Shown here piece after piece: positions 56,288-64,000 of a DNA stretch of 64,000 nt; positions within the stretch are counted from its first letter, which is position 1; each line of letters opens with the position of its first letter. The notes under the pieces were generated by a model. It was not told the origin of the DNA and did not search any database. It saw only the letters and a program-made list of their open reading frames with translations. Where the stretch lies: positions 96,001-160,000 of IMG/VR virus record IMGVR_UViG_3300042691_047309; one strand, 5' to 3'. This stretch comes from a virus. A program made the translations under genes and the position numbers.

Positions 56288-57982
56288 TCAAGAGTTTAGA
56301 TAATCCACAGCTTGGGTATATCTAATTAGTAAATTTTGATCTTCCGCCAAAGATAAGTCATCATAAGCAAAAATTGATGCCGTTGCAAAGCCAGTTAATG
56401 ATGTTAAATCTACTTTATGTACTTCAAGATATGTTTTTCTTGCTCCTATAATTTTAGCAAATTGTCGATTTAACAATAAATATTTTGCATCAGGTGTAAA
56501 TATTTCTCTTTCAATGATTTTTCCTAAATAAGTGTTCCTGTTTGTGTCAATTTTGTAATTTAGTATTTGATTTTTACCTTTATAGTAATTAACTCTGTAG
56601 TAATAATTACTTGATTTACTTAGATTAGTTAATAAAACAGAGGCGGTAGTTCCATAAATTTGTTTTCCTAATTTATACTTTTGTTCTATAGTACTGAATG
56701 TGCTACTTTTCGAAAGTTCAAATTCGTATCCATTTTCATTATTTACAGACATTGGTCCTGTATTGATAGTTGGCCAATATGCAGTTCCAAATGAATCTGA
56801 GGATATGACCTCACCGGATTGAGTTTGACCATATAATGTTCTTACTCTGTAGTAATAAGTTCCGGTAGAAAGTCCAGATATTGAATACGTATTCGAAACA
56901 CTACTAGTAATATATGGTAAAGTATTCGACAATGTACCTAAAGTCAAACTGTAATTAGGTAATAAAGATGAGAATGAACTAAATGTTGATATATCAAAAG
57001 AATATGCATCAGCTGAATTATTTGTCGGCCATGTAAAACTAGCAGTACTGCCACTAGCTGATAATATCAACTGATTAGTAAAAGTAGTTAAAGTATATCT
57101 TGAAGTATAATAATAAGTAGTATTTGGTGATAAATCAAATACAACAAGAGAAGCGGTATTTCCAGAAACATTATAAGATGGTGGATTTGAACCTGTTCCT
57201 AACTTTATGGAATTATAACTAGATAATTTTGTTTCAAAAGAACTTGATGTTGATATGTTTAATATGTATCCAGTTGTTACCGGGTCTGTATTCCAAACTA
57301 TTGACGCGGTTGGATTAGAAGACATAAAAGAAGCCGAGTAAGTAAAATTCTTTAAAATATTTTCTCTTTCTTCTGTGTAAATCCACCATTGTTTAGTCAA
57401 ATCTAAATTTATTTGAGTTTGAATCTCACTAAATGTTCCAACTAAGAAATTCATATATTCTACCGCGTTTGATGGTACAAAAGTGTCATTATCATCAACC
57501 CATTCAGATAGATAAAGTTTAAAAGAGTATAGATTATCTCTAATGATATTCATATTAACGGAATAATCTTCTTCTTTTGTTAGTATAAAGGAACTAGTGA
57601 GCGAGGTAATAGAAAAAGTTGTCGATAATGGATCAGATAGAGATAAATTTATATTATTTATATTTAGTGAGTAAATATCGACCGATGTTTGATAAACTTT
57701 CTTCTTATCATACATCAGTTTTAACTTCTTCAAAAAAGGTGTATTAGTTTCAAAACAAATCTGTTCCCAAGTAGTTCTTTTAATCTCAGCCAAATTTGTT
57801 ACCTCATCAATATTAATTTTGTAATAGTAATACAAACATTGTTGAAAAGCTTGAAAATCTCCTTTATTGACTAATTCGTCAATATACTTATAATATTCTG
57901 AAATATTATCTTTGCCCTTAGATGCTAATTTATCAAGGCTATTTTGAATTTTTGCTAATTTTCTTTGATAGAGATTTGCCAT
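56288..57982 (-). CDS. fibronectin type III repeat protein, possibly structural
   Basis: three Y...S.SS.F...L...T.YYY.R modules; AATATATA 6 nt upstream. Confidence 0.7.
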   Translation of the reverse strand: MANLYQRKLAKIQNSLDKLASKGKDNISEYYKYIDELVNKGDFQAFQQCLYYYYKINIDEVTNLAEIKRTTWEQICFETNTPFLKKLKLMYDKKKVYQTSVDIYSLNINNINLSLSDPLSTTFSITSLTSSFILTKEEDYSVNMNIIRDNLYSFKLYLSEWVDDNDTFVPSNAVEYMNFLVGTFSEIQTQINLDLTKQWWIYTEERENILKNFTYSASFMSSNPTASIVWNTDPVTTGYILNISTSSSFETKLSSYNSIKLGTGSNPPSYNVSGNTASLVVFDLSPNTTYYYTSRYTLTTFTNQLILSASGSTASFTWPTNNSADAYSFDISTFSSFSSLLPNYSLTLGTLSNTLPYITSSVSNTYSISGLSTGTYYYRVRTLYGQTQSGEVISSDSFGTAYWPTINTGPMSVNNENGYEFELSKSSTFSTIEQKYKLGKQIYGTTASVLLTNLSKSSNYYYRVNYYKGKNQILNYKIDTNRNTYLGKIIEREIFTPDAKYLLLNRQFAKIIGARKTYLEVHKVDLTSLTGFATASIFAYDDLSLAEDQNLLIRYTQAVDYLNS

Positions 57983-58015
57983 ATAATTTATATATTAAAA
58001 ATCTCAATCTATAAG

Positions 58016-59146
58016 TTATTGCTCTTCTCCTCCACCTAATTGTTTTTCAATTTCAGCGATTTTATCTTTATTAACATCAGGATCTTTGTAAAGGTCAGCT
58101 ATATCACTTAGTTTTTTGATTGCTTCAGGATTCTTAGTTTTTACATCTTTAAGTGTATTTACTAAGTCTTCTTGTCCTTCTGCTTTTGCTTCTACTTTTC
58201 CTAATAAATCCTCAGTTTTCTTTTTAAAATCTGCATCTTCAAAGGAAACAACATCACCGTTAATATCCTTGACTTTTTTAATACCTATCATTTCTTTATC
58301 TTGAAGATCTTTCATAGGTCCTTCATTAGGTTTTTTCTTATCCTCATCAGTTATTTTTTTCCATTCATCTTCATTGAATTTATCTCTTTTATAGATAACT
58401 GTATCACCAGCTTTGTAACCTCCTTCTGGTCCAGCTTCCGGAACTTCTTTTCCTAATGACTCAACGTATTTATCAACGTCTTCGTCTTTAATTTCGGATA
58501 AATATTTATCAAGTCTCGGAACTAAAATTTTATTTACCCAATCAATAGATAATTGTTTCATCTTTTTAGTATCTTTTCCAGCTGGTAGAATTGCCTTTTT
58601 AAATTCCGGAAGGTGAGTTTGATCTTTCATATCAACAACAATCTTTTTGTCATCTACCTTAGCGTCTGTTCCAACTTTTAAATCAGGTCCACCCGCATAT
58701 TTATAATCTTTAATAGCTCTATTTCTTATTGTTTCCATATAGAATTTAACTATATCGACTGTCGGTGTATCTTTACCAAAAGATTTCAAAAGTCCATCAT
58801 AAAGAGTTTGAAGACCTTGTTTTCCAAGTGCTCCCAATTGAGGATCGAGTATGTTTTTAATCAGATCTAAACATGCTTGTTCATTAATATCTGTATCTTT
58901 TTTCTTTATAAATTCGTCCATTACTCCTTTAAGTAAGTAACTATCATCTTGTGGATTCAATGGATTTTTATCAATCCATGCTTCAATTTCTTCAGGTGCT
59001 GGGTTTTCTCCTAATTTTTTAATTTCCTCTACGGCTTTATTCCACATATTTTTGAAAAAATTCAAAACACCAGATAGGAGTTCTTCATTTACTGATTTTA
59101 GGTTTCTATCTTTTTTAAATGACTCAAATTTCTTAATATAGCTCAT
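58016..59146 (-). CDS. leader-motif hypothetical protein
   Basis: MSYIKKFESF...VNEE; AATATATA at 59170. Confidence 0.78.
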   Translation of the reverse strand: MSYIKKFESFKKDRNLKSVNEELLSGVLNFFKNMWNKAVEEIKKLGENPAPEEIEAWIDKNPLNPQDDSYLLKGVMDEFIKKKDTDINEQACLDLIKNILDPQLGALGKQGLQTLYDGLLKSFGKDTPTVDIVKFYMETIRNRAIKDYKYAGGPDLKVGTDAKVDDKKIVVDMKDQTHLPEFKKAILPAGKDTKKMKQLSIDWVNKILVPRLDKYLSEIKDEDVDKYVESLGKEVPEAGPEGGYKAGDTVIYKRDKFNEDEWKKITDEDKKKPNEGPMKDLQDKEMIGIKKVKDINGDVVSFEDADFKKKTEDLLGKVEAKAEGQEDLVNTLKDVKTKNPEAIKKLSDIADLYKDPDVNKDKIAEIEKQLGGGEEQ

Positions 59147-59205
59147 TACATAATATTATTTTTACAAACTATATATTATTTTTTTTATATAAAAAATAAA
59201 AAATT

Positions 59206-59661
59206 ATGAACTATTTATCAAAAGTATCAGAGTTTCATAAAACCTTTGACGCTCCAATATTAGAAAGTCCTCAAATTCCATCTGATGAAAGATGTCAATT
59301 AAGAGTTTCACTACTTCAAGAAGAATTAAATGAATTAAAACAAGCTATTGATGATAATGATATTGTTGAAATCGCAGATGCTCTCTGTGATTTACAATAT
59401 GTCCTTTCTGGTGCAATCTTAGAATTTGGTTTAGGTGAAAAGTTTGATGAACTTTTTGATGAAGTACAAAGGAGTAATATGTCTAAGGCTTGTAGTTCAA
59501 TACAAGAAGCAATCGAAACAATATCACACTATAAAAAGAAAGATAGTACTGAATCATCATATAAAATGATTGGTGAAAAATGTGTAGTGTATAGAGACTC
59601 TGATAACAAGGTGTTGAAATCTATAAACTATTCACCTGCTGATTTAAAAAATAAAATTTAA
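59206..59661 (+). CDS. MazG-like/PRA-PH NTP pyrophosphohydrolase
   Basis: LLQEELNEL, EIADALCDLQYV, EVQRSNMSK, KVLK. Confidence 0.9.
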   Translation: MNYLSKVSEFHKTFDAPILESPQIPSDERCQLRVSLLQEELNELKQAIDDNDIVEIADALCDLQYVLSGAILEFGLGEKFDELFDEVQRSNMSKACSSIQEAIETISHYKKKDSTESSYKMIGEKCVVYRDSDNKVLKSINYSPADLKNKI

Positions 59662-59663
59662 GA

Positions 59664-60509
59664 ATGGAAAATTTAGGAATTATAGGACAGGGTTTTGTCG
59701 GAGGTGCAGTTTATCAAGGAATGAAAAACTTCTTCAATGTTTATACTTTTGATATAAATGGAAATTGTACAGAGTCATCACTTTTTAATTTAATCGAAAA
59801 AGTTGATATGACATTTTTATGTTTACCAACACCAATGAGAAAAACAGGAGAATGTGATTTATCAATTGTTAAAAATTGTCTCTCTCAAATAGATTTGATT
59901 GTTAAATCATTAGATAAAAAAGATTTTATTGTTATTATAAAATCAACAATTCCACCGGGAACAACAGAAATGTTAAATAAAGAAAACGAAAATATACATA
60001 TCGTTTTCAATCCAGAATTTTTAACAGAAGCCAATGCTGTTGAAGATTATAAAAATCAAAATAGAATTATTGTCGGAGGTGACAGACCTTATTCATCAAA
60101 AGTTAAAAATATTTTTGAAAAGGCTTTCCCAAAAGTTCCTATTGTAAAGACTTCCTCAACAATTGCAGAAATGATTAAATATGTTACAAATACTTTTTTA
60201 GCAACTAAAGTTTCATTTGCTAATGAAATGTATCAAATATGTGAGGGGTTGAATATTGATTATGATAAAGTGATTGAATACGCTCGTTATGATGATAGAT
60301 TGGGTAATTCTCATTGGTCGGTTCCTGGACCGGATGGCGACCTGGGATACGGTGGTCATTGTTTTCCAAAAGATGTAGCAGCTCTAAAATATGTCGGTGA
60401 CTCAATGAATGTTTCAACGACAATGTTATGTGCAACTATGGACAAAAATAAAGAAGTTAGAACAGACAAAGATTGGGAAAGCCAAATAGGAAGAGCAGTT
60501 TCAGAATAA
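59664..60509 (+). CDS. ugd: UDP-glucose/GDP-mannose dehydrogenase family (lacks C-terminal UDP-binding domain)
   Basis: GQGFVG, LPTP, IKSTIPPG, NPEFL, GYGGHCFPKD. Confidence 0.88.
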   Translation: MENLGIIGQGFVGGAVYQGMKNFFNVYTFDINGNCTESSLFNLIEKVDMTFLCLPTPMRKTGECDLSIVKNCLSQIDLIVKSLDKKDFIVIIKSTIPPGTTEMLNKENENIHIVFNPEFLTEANAVEDYKNQNRIIVGGDRPYSSKVKNIFEKAFPKVPIVKTSSTIAEMIKYVTNTFLATKVSFANEMYQICEGLNIDYDKVIEYARYDDRLGNSHWSVPGPDGDLGYGGHCFPKDVAALKYVGDSMNVSTTMLCATMDKNKEVRTDKDWESQIGRAVSE

Positions 60510-60512
60510 AAT

Positions 60513-60761
60513 ATGAATCCTGATATGTCGGATATTCTTATGATGAACTCTAAGTTCTATGGTGATTATTACTGTAAGAAAGTAAAAGATTTTTTTGATG
60601 ACGGTCAAATAGTAACTGTTTATTCACACTACTCATATAGACTTTTTACAATAGGAAAAAATAAAAGAATATTCAGAATTCATCATACAGATTTTGGAAC
60701 TACACTTTTTACAAAAGAAGAATGGAGAAATAAAAAAATTAATAGAGTTTTAAAAAAATAA
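60513..60761 (+). CDS. small protein with C-terminal motif
   Basis: ends WRNKKINRVLKK. Confidence 0.7.
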   Translation: MNPDMSDILMMNSKFYGDYYCKKVKDFFDDGQIVTVYSHYSYRLFTIGKNKRIFRIHHTDFGTTLFTKEEWRNKKINRVLKK

Positions 60762-60777
60762 TTTCTATATTTGCCAT

Positions 60778-61134
60778 ATGTTATCGAATAAAGAAAAGAA
60801 ACGAAGACAACACGAGAAAGAACTGAAGTCACTTAGAAATAAGATGAGTAAAAACATCATATGGTTTGACGCTCTCAATACCACTCAACAATATGACCTT
60901 CTTTTTGCTTGGAAGAGAGAGAAAAAATCAAACACACGAACTAAACCTCAAAAGAAAACAATTATAAGAAAAGTGGGTGGATTCTTGAATGGTAGATATC
61001 AGACTATGAGAAAAGAAATCGAAATAGTGTCTTATCCACCAAACTTTAAACATTTTCTTAAAAATATGAAACCAAAATTCAGCGTAAGTGTCTCAAAAAT
61101 GAGACAGGCTCAATTAAAACATCTATTGAAATAA
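60778..61134 (+). CDS. basic protein with C-terminal motif
   Basis: TATATTTG 4 nt upstream; ends MRQAQLKHLLK. Confidence 0.72.
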   Translation: MLSNKEKKRRQHEKELKSLRNKMSKNIIWFDALNTTQQYDLLFAWKREKKSNTRTKPQKKTIIRKVGGFLNGRYQTMRKEIEIVSYPPNFKHFLKNMKPKFSVSVSKMRQAQLKHLLK

Positions 61135-61149
61135 ATTAAATAATAATAT

Positions 61150-62136
61150 ATGAAAATTTTTAGCGGAACCGGAAGTCAGCAATTGACTAAAGAAATTTGT
61201 AAAGTCTTAAAAGAAAGAGGTAGTGATATATCACCTGGTAGATTGAAAATTGATAAGTTTTTAGACGGTGAAATACTACCGTTATTTGAAGAGTCAGTTA
61301 GAGACCAAGATGTCTTTTTTGTTCAAACAACAAATAGCTCTGATAACATAATGGAAACACTCTTAGTTATCGATGCTGCAAAAAGAGCCGGTTGTAAATC
61401 ATTTACACTTGTTGCTCCATTCCACGGATACTCTCGTCAGGATAAAACAGACCACCTCCGTTCATCAATTGGTTCTAAAATGTTAGCTGATGTCTTAACA
61501 ACAGCTGGTATGAACCGAATTATTACAATCGACTTACATGCCTCTGCTATTCAAGGATTTTATAATGTTCCTGTTATTCACTTAAATGGGAATAAAATAT
61601 TTATTGACTACATTAAAGAGAACGAAATAGAAGATTTAACAATTGTTGCTCCAGACCAAGGAGCTGTTAAAAGAGCTTCTGACTTTTGTAAAGCATTTCC
61701 AGAAGCAACATTCGCAATGATTAATAAGAAAAGAATTAAACCAAATGAAATTCATTCAATGGAGTTAGTTGGTGAAGTTACTGGTCGTAATGTTGTTATT
61801 GTAGATGATATGGCTGATACATTAGGAACAATGTGTAAAGCAGCTGAGTTGCTTATTGAGAAGGGTGCTAATTCTGTAAGATGTATTGCGACTCATGGTA
61901 TTCTAAGTGGTAAAGCAATTGAAAACCTTTACAACTCTAAGATTACTGAGTTATTAGTATCTGATACAATCTCATTTATTGGTGATAAAGATGCTTCTCG
62001 TAATGAAGGTAGAGGTATTTATCAAGGTCCTCCAACTAATTCAAAAATGAGAGTGATTAGTTGTGCAAAAATTATTGGTAAATCAATCTGGTCTCTCTCT
62101 CAGCGTCAATCAATACACGAAATTAATATGATATAA
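61150..62136 (+). CDS. prs: ribose-phosphate pyrophosphokinase
   Basis: F.DGEI, YSRQDK, IDLH..IQGF, VAPDQGA, IVDDMADT.GT, ATHGILS. Confidence 0.95.
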   Translation: MKIFSGTGSQQLTKEICKVLKERGSDISPGRLKIDKFLDGEILPLFEESVRDQDVFFVQTTNSSDNIMETLLVIDAAKRAGCKSFTLVAPFHGYSRQDKTDHLRSSIGSKMLADVLTTAGMNRIITIDLHASAIQGFYNVPVIHLNGNKIFIDYIKENEIEDLTIVAPDQGAVKRASDFCKAFPEATFAMINKKRIKPNEIHSMELVGEVTGRNVVIVDDMADTLGTMCKAAELLIEKGANSVRCIATHGILSGKAIENLYNSKITELLVSDTISFIGDKDASRNEGRGIYQGPPTNSKMRVISCAKIIGKSIWSLSQRQSIHEINMI

Positions 62137-62501
62137 TGAAAAAGATTTTACTATGTGACATAGACGGAACTATATGTGATGATATCAAAAATGAGGAATC
62201 ACATCTTTATGCAACTGCAGAAGTGTATGAAGGATCCAGAGAACAATTAAATCAATGGTATGATGAAGGACATCATATTACATTCTTTACAGCTCGTGAA
62301 GAAAAAGATAGAGAAGTGACCGTAAAATGGTTAGATTATAATGGGTTTAAATATCACGGTCTTATTATGAATAAACCAAGATGTTTAAATGATGAAGATG
62401 TTTATTGTTGGATAGACAATAGAAAAGTTATGGGTGTTACTTATAAAGGGGTCTGGGGACCACTTGTTGAAAGAGTAACAACAATAAAAACGATGGAATA
62501 A
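62136..62501 (+). CDS. small HAD-superfamily phosphatase
   Basis: CDIDGTI, FFTAR, KP, WIDN. Confidence 0.85.
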   Translation: MKKILLCDIDGTICDDIKNEESHLYATAEVYEGSREQLNQWYDEGHHITFFTAREEKDREVTVKWLDYNGFKYHGLIMNKPRCLNDEDVYCWIDNRKVMGVTYKGVWGPLVERVTTIKTME

Positions 62502-62502
62502 T

Positions 62503-62595
62503 ATGGTAGTGTATTTAGTTGGTGGGATAGCAATAGGAATTATGATTGCACCTACAGTTAATCAAATGATTAAAGATTACGTTAATAGAAAATAA
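62503..62595 (+). CDS. 30-aa membrane peptide (not in ORF track)
   Basis: MVVYLVGGIAIGIMIAPTVNQMIKDYVNRK* exactly fills the gap between genes. Confidence 0.55.
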   Translation: MVVYLVGGIAIGIMIAPTVNQMIKDYVNRK

Positions 62596-62596
62596 T

Positions 62597-63241
62597 ATGA
62601 GTTATCTTAATGAACTTAAAGCTTATCTAAGAGATATAAATTTGGAAATTCTAATGGAAAGTCCAGATGTTAAAATTGATATATCTAAAAGATATTATAA
62701 TAAATTTAGACTTTTTTACCCAAGTCGTAGGCTTATCAAATACACCACCAATATTGGTGGTGTATTGGTTGGATCAAGAGCAATTCGTTGCTTTACAATA
62801 AATGATAAACCAATTCTTGAAAGAAGAGTAAATGATTGGGACTTTATTGTAACACTTGATATGGCTTTTAAGATCTGTGATGATATGGGAATAGAAGAGA
62901 TTCCAAAAATCGGTGGTGTTATAAGTATTAAGAATCAAAGAAGATGGGCTCATCCATCTTATCAAGATGCTTATAGAGTTGGTCCAGTTGATGTTCAGTT
63001 AATTGTAGAGGAAGAACTACCGGATTATACGGAAGTTGATGGTGTTAGAATTGCTAACTTTGGTTATTCAATTTCTCAAAAGATTGGTCTAACTTCTGAA
63101 TTACAAAGTAAATTGGGTGATCGAAACAAATACAAAAGCCTATCTTCTCGTTATGATAGTATAGATGAACAATATCATAAACACATAGATGATTTAAAAG
63201 AAATAATTATAAAATATAATAGTATCAAATGCAAACTTTAG
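62597..63241 (+). CDS. polymerase-beta-type nucleotidyltransferase-like protein
   Basis: LVGSRA...DWDF...VDVQ. Confidence 0.6.
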   Translation: MSYLNELKAYLRDINLEILMESPDVKIDISKRYYNKFRLFYPSRRLIKYTTNIGGVLVGSRAIRCFTINDKPILERRVNDWDFIVTLDMAFKICDDMGIEEIPKIGGVISIKNQRRWAHPSYQDAYRVGPVDVQLIVEEELPDYTEVDGVRIANFGYSISQKIGLTSELQSKLGDRNKYKSLSSRYDSIDEQYHKHIDDLKEIIIKYNSIKCKL

Positions 63242-64000
63242 CAAACATTTTAGATGGAAGAATCGTATCAGGTCAAATTTTATCCAATATCAAAGATAAA
63301 ATCGAAGGTCACATAGAAAAAAGCCAATCAAGATTAGGATATCAAATTTCAAAACCATCTATGGCGATAGTTCTTGTTGGAAATAATCCAGCATCTGAGT
63401 CTTATGTCAATGGAAAAACAAAAGCTTGTGAAAAAGCTGGAATAAACTATAGTGTTATTAGATTTCCAGAAAAAATAACCTCATTTGATCTTTTAGAAGA
63501 AGTAAAAAGATTAAATAAGTCTTCTTATGATGGATTTATTGTTCAACTTCCATTACCAGAACACATTAAGTCGGATTCTATTATAAACGAGATAAGTGCA
63601 TATAAAGACATTGATGGATTTCATCCTCTTAACTTTGGTAAAATGTCACTTGGTCAGAAGTCAATGAGACCAGCAACTGCTTATGGTATATTAAAACTAA
63701 TCGAATGGTATGAAATTGACACTAAAGGAAAACATGTCGTAGTTATTGGTCGCTCTAATATTGTCGGGAAACCTATTTCTATTATGTTAGGTAACGACTT
63801 TAACATTGGAAGAGCTACCGTTACATCTTGTGATATAAACACTCCTAAAGAACTCCTAATTGAAGAAACTAAGAAAGCTGATATAGTAATTGTTGCAGTT
63901 GGAAAACCTGGTTTATTAACAGCTGATATGATTAAAGAAGGAGTGGTTGTGATTGATGTAGGTATCAATAGATTAGAATCTGGTAAATTAGTTGGTGATT
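63229..64000 (+). CDS. folD: methylene-THF dehydrogenase/cyclohydrolase (3' truncated, not in ORF track)
   Basis: MQTLANILDG..., IVLVGNNPASESYVNGK, GFIVQLPLP, KDIDGFHP, VVIGRSNIVGKP, VVIDVGINR. Confidence 0.95.
   Translation, partial: MQTLANILDGRIVSGQILSNIKDKIEGHIEKSQSRLGYQISKPSMAIVLVGNNPASESYVNGKTKACEKAGINYSVIRFPEKITSFDLLEEVKRLNKSSYDGFIVQLPLPEHIKSDSIINEISAYKDIDGFHPLNFGKMSLGQKSMRPATAYGILKLIEWYEIDTKGKHVVVIGRSNIVGKPISIMLGNDFNIGRATVTSCDINTPKELLIEETKKADIVIVAVGKPGLLTADMIKEGVVVIDVGINRLESGKLVGD

Noticed and set aside
61150-62136. Prs homolog as part of a phage NAD+ reconstitution pathway
   Set aside because: Sequence looks like a canonical Prs, and no nicotinamide phosphoribosyltransferase-like partner is in the window
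3946-63968. Short ORF-track entries overlapping longer genes (e.g. 3946, 5131, 6224, 6316, 10239, 15748, 15969, 16256, 18365, 18552, 18639, 18868, 19996, 22851, 24702, 25191, 26581, 27360, 27710, 28310, 30455, 32289, 32924, 34979, 35314, 38872, 39486, 41722, 43882, 45230, 46387, 47430, 47958, 53648, 58116, 60220, 62774, 63681)
   Set aside because: Antisense or alternate-frame shadows of well-supported genes, with no motifs or promoters; 63681 is the shadow of folD
1-64000. CRISPR array, integrase, transposase or reverse transcriptase
   Set aside because: No regularly spaced repeat-spacer array or corresponding motifs seen; 54794 lacks the Cas4 Fe-S cysteines and has no cas context
1-64000. 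Stop-codon reassignment as in some large phages
   Set aside because: Genes are full length under the standard code; TAA, TAG and TGA all end genes at sensible points, and no suppressor tRNA is present
1-64000. Ordinary bacterial chromosome
   Set aside because: Host-like genes are isolated among many short unknown ORFs with a second non-host promoter class and no housekeeping operons; phage origin is preferred, though no capsid or terminase gene is in view

Overview
Very AT-rich, gene-dense 64 kb segment best explained as part of a jumbo-phage genome infecting Bacteroidota. This is inferred: no capsid, terminase or polymerase gene lies in the window. Support comes from many small unknown ORFs, 2 tRNAs, a sigma factor, a MoxR/VWA pair, 3 DNA methyltransferases, RNA-repair enzymes, a tail-collar protein, Bacteroidota-type TTTG-N19/20-TAnnTTTG promoters and host-derived genes (T9SS cargo, TonB-dependent receptor, Skp, PspC, prs, folD, ugd, queF-like). 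The main unexplained structure is a two-class organisation. (1) About 18 unrelated + strand proteins end in a shared helix, R-x-x-[KR]-[IL]-x-x-[ILV]-[LI], and 15 of them lie in units driven by host-sigma promoters. (2) Eleven other proteins begin with an MK[YHF][IL]K[KR][FY]xE-type leader resembling the T4 capsid-targeting sequence, and all lie behind a second element, (A/G)ATATATA. Class 2 includes an adenylate cyclase, a CCA-adding enzyme, a P-loop kinase and a nuclease-like protein, which suggests an enzyme payload packaged in the virion. Both promoter types often sit 4 nt before the ATG, implying leaderless mRNAs. Other points of interest are a split T9SS adhesin with a shared PIxHD tail, retained LytTR-like and PhoB-like boxes, a signal-less Skp and a QueF with an altered active site. 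All family calls come from motif recognition by eye, not database searches.
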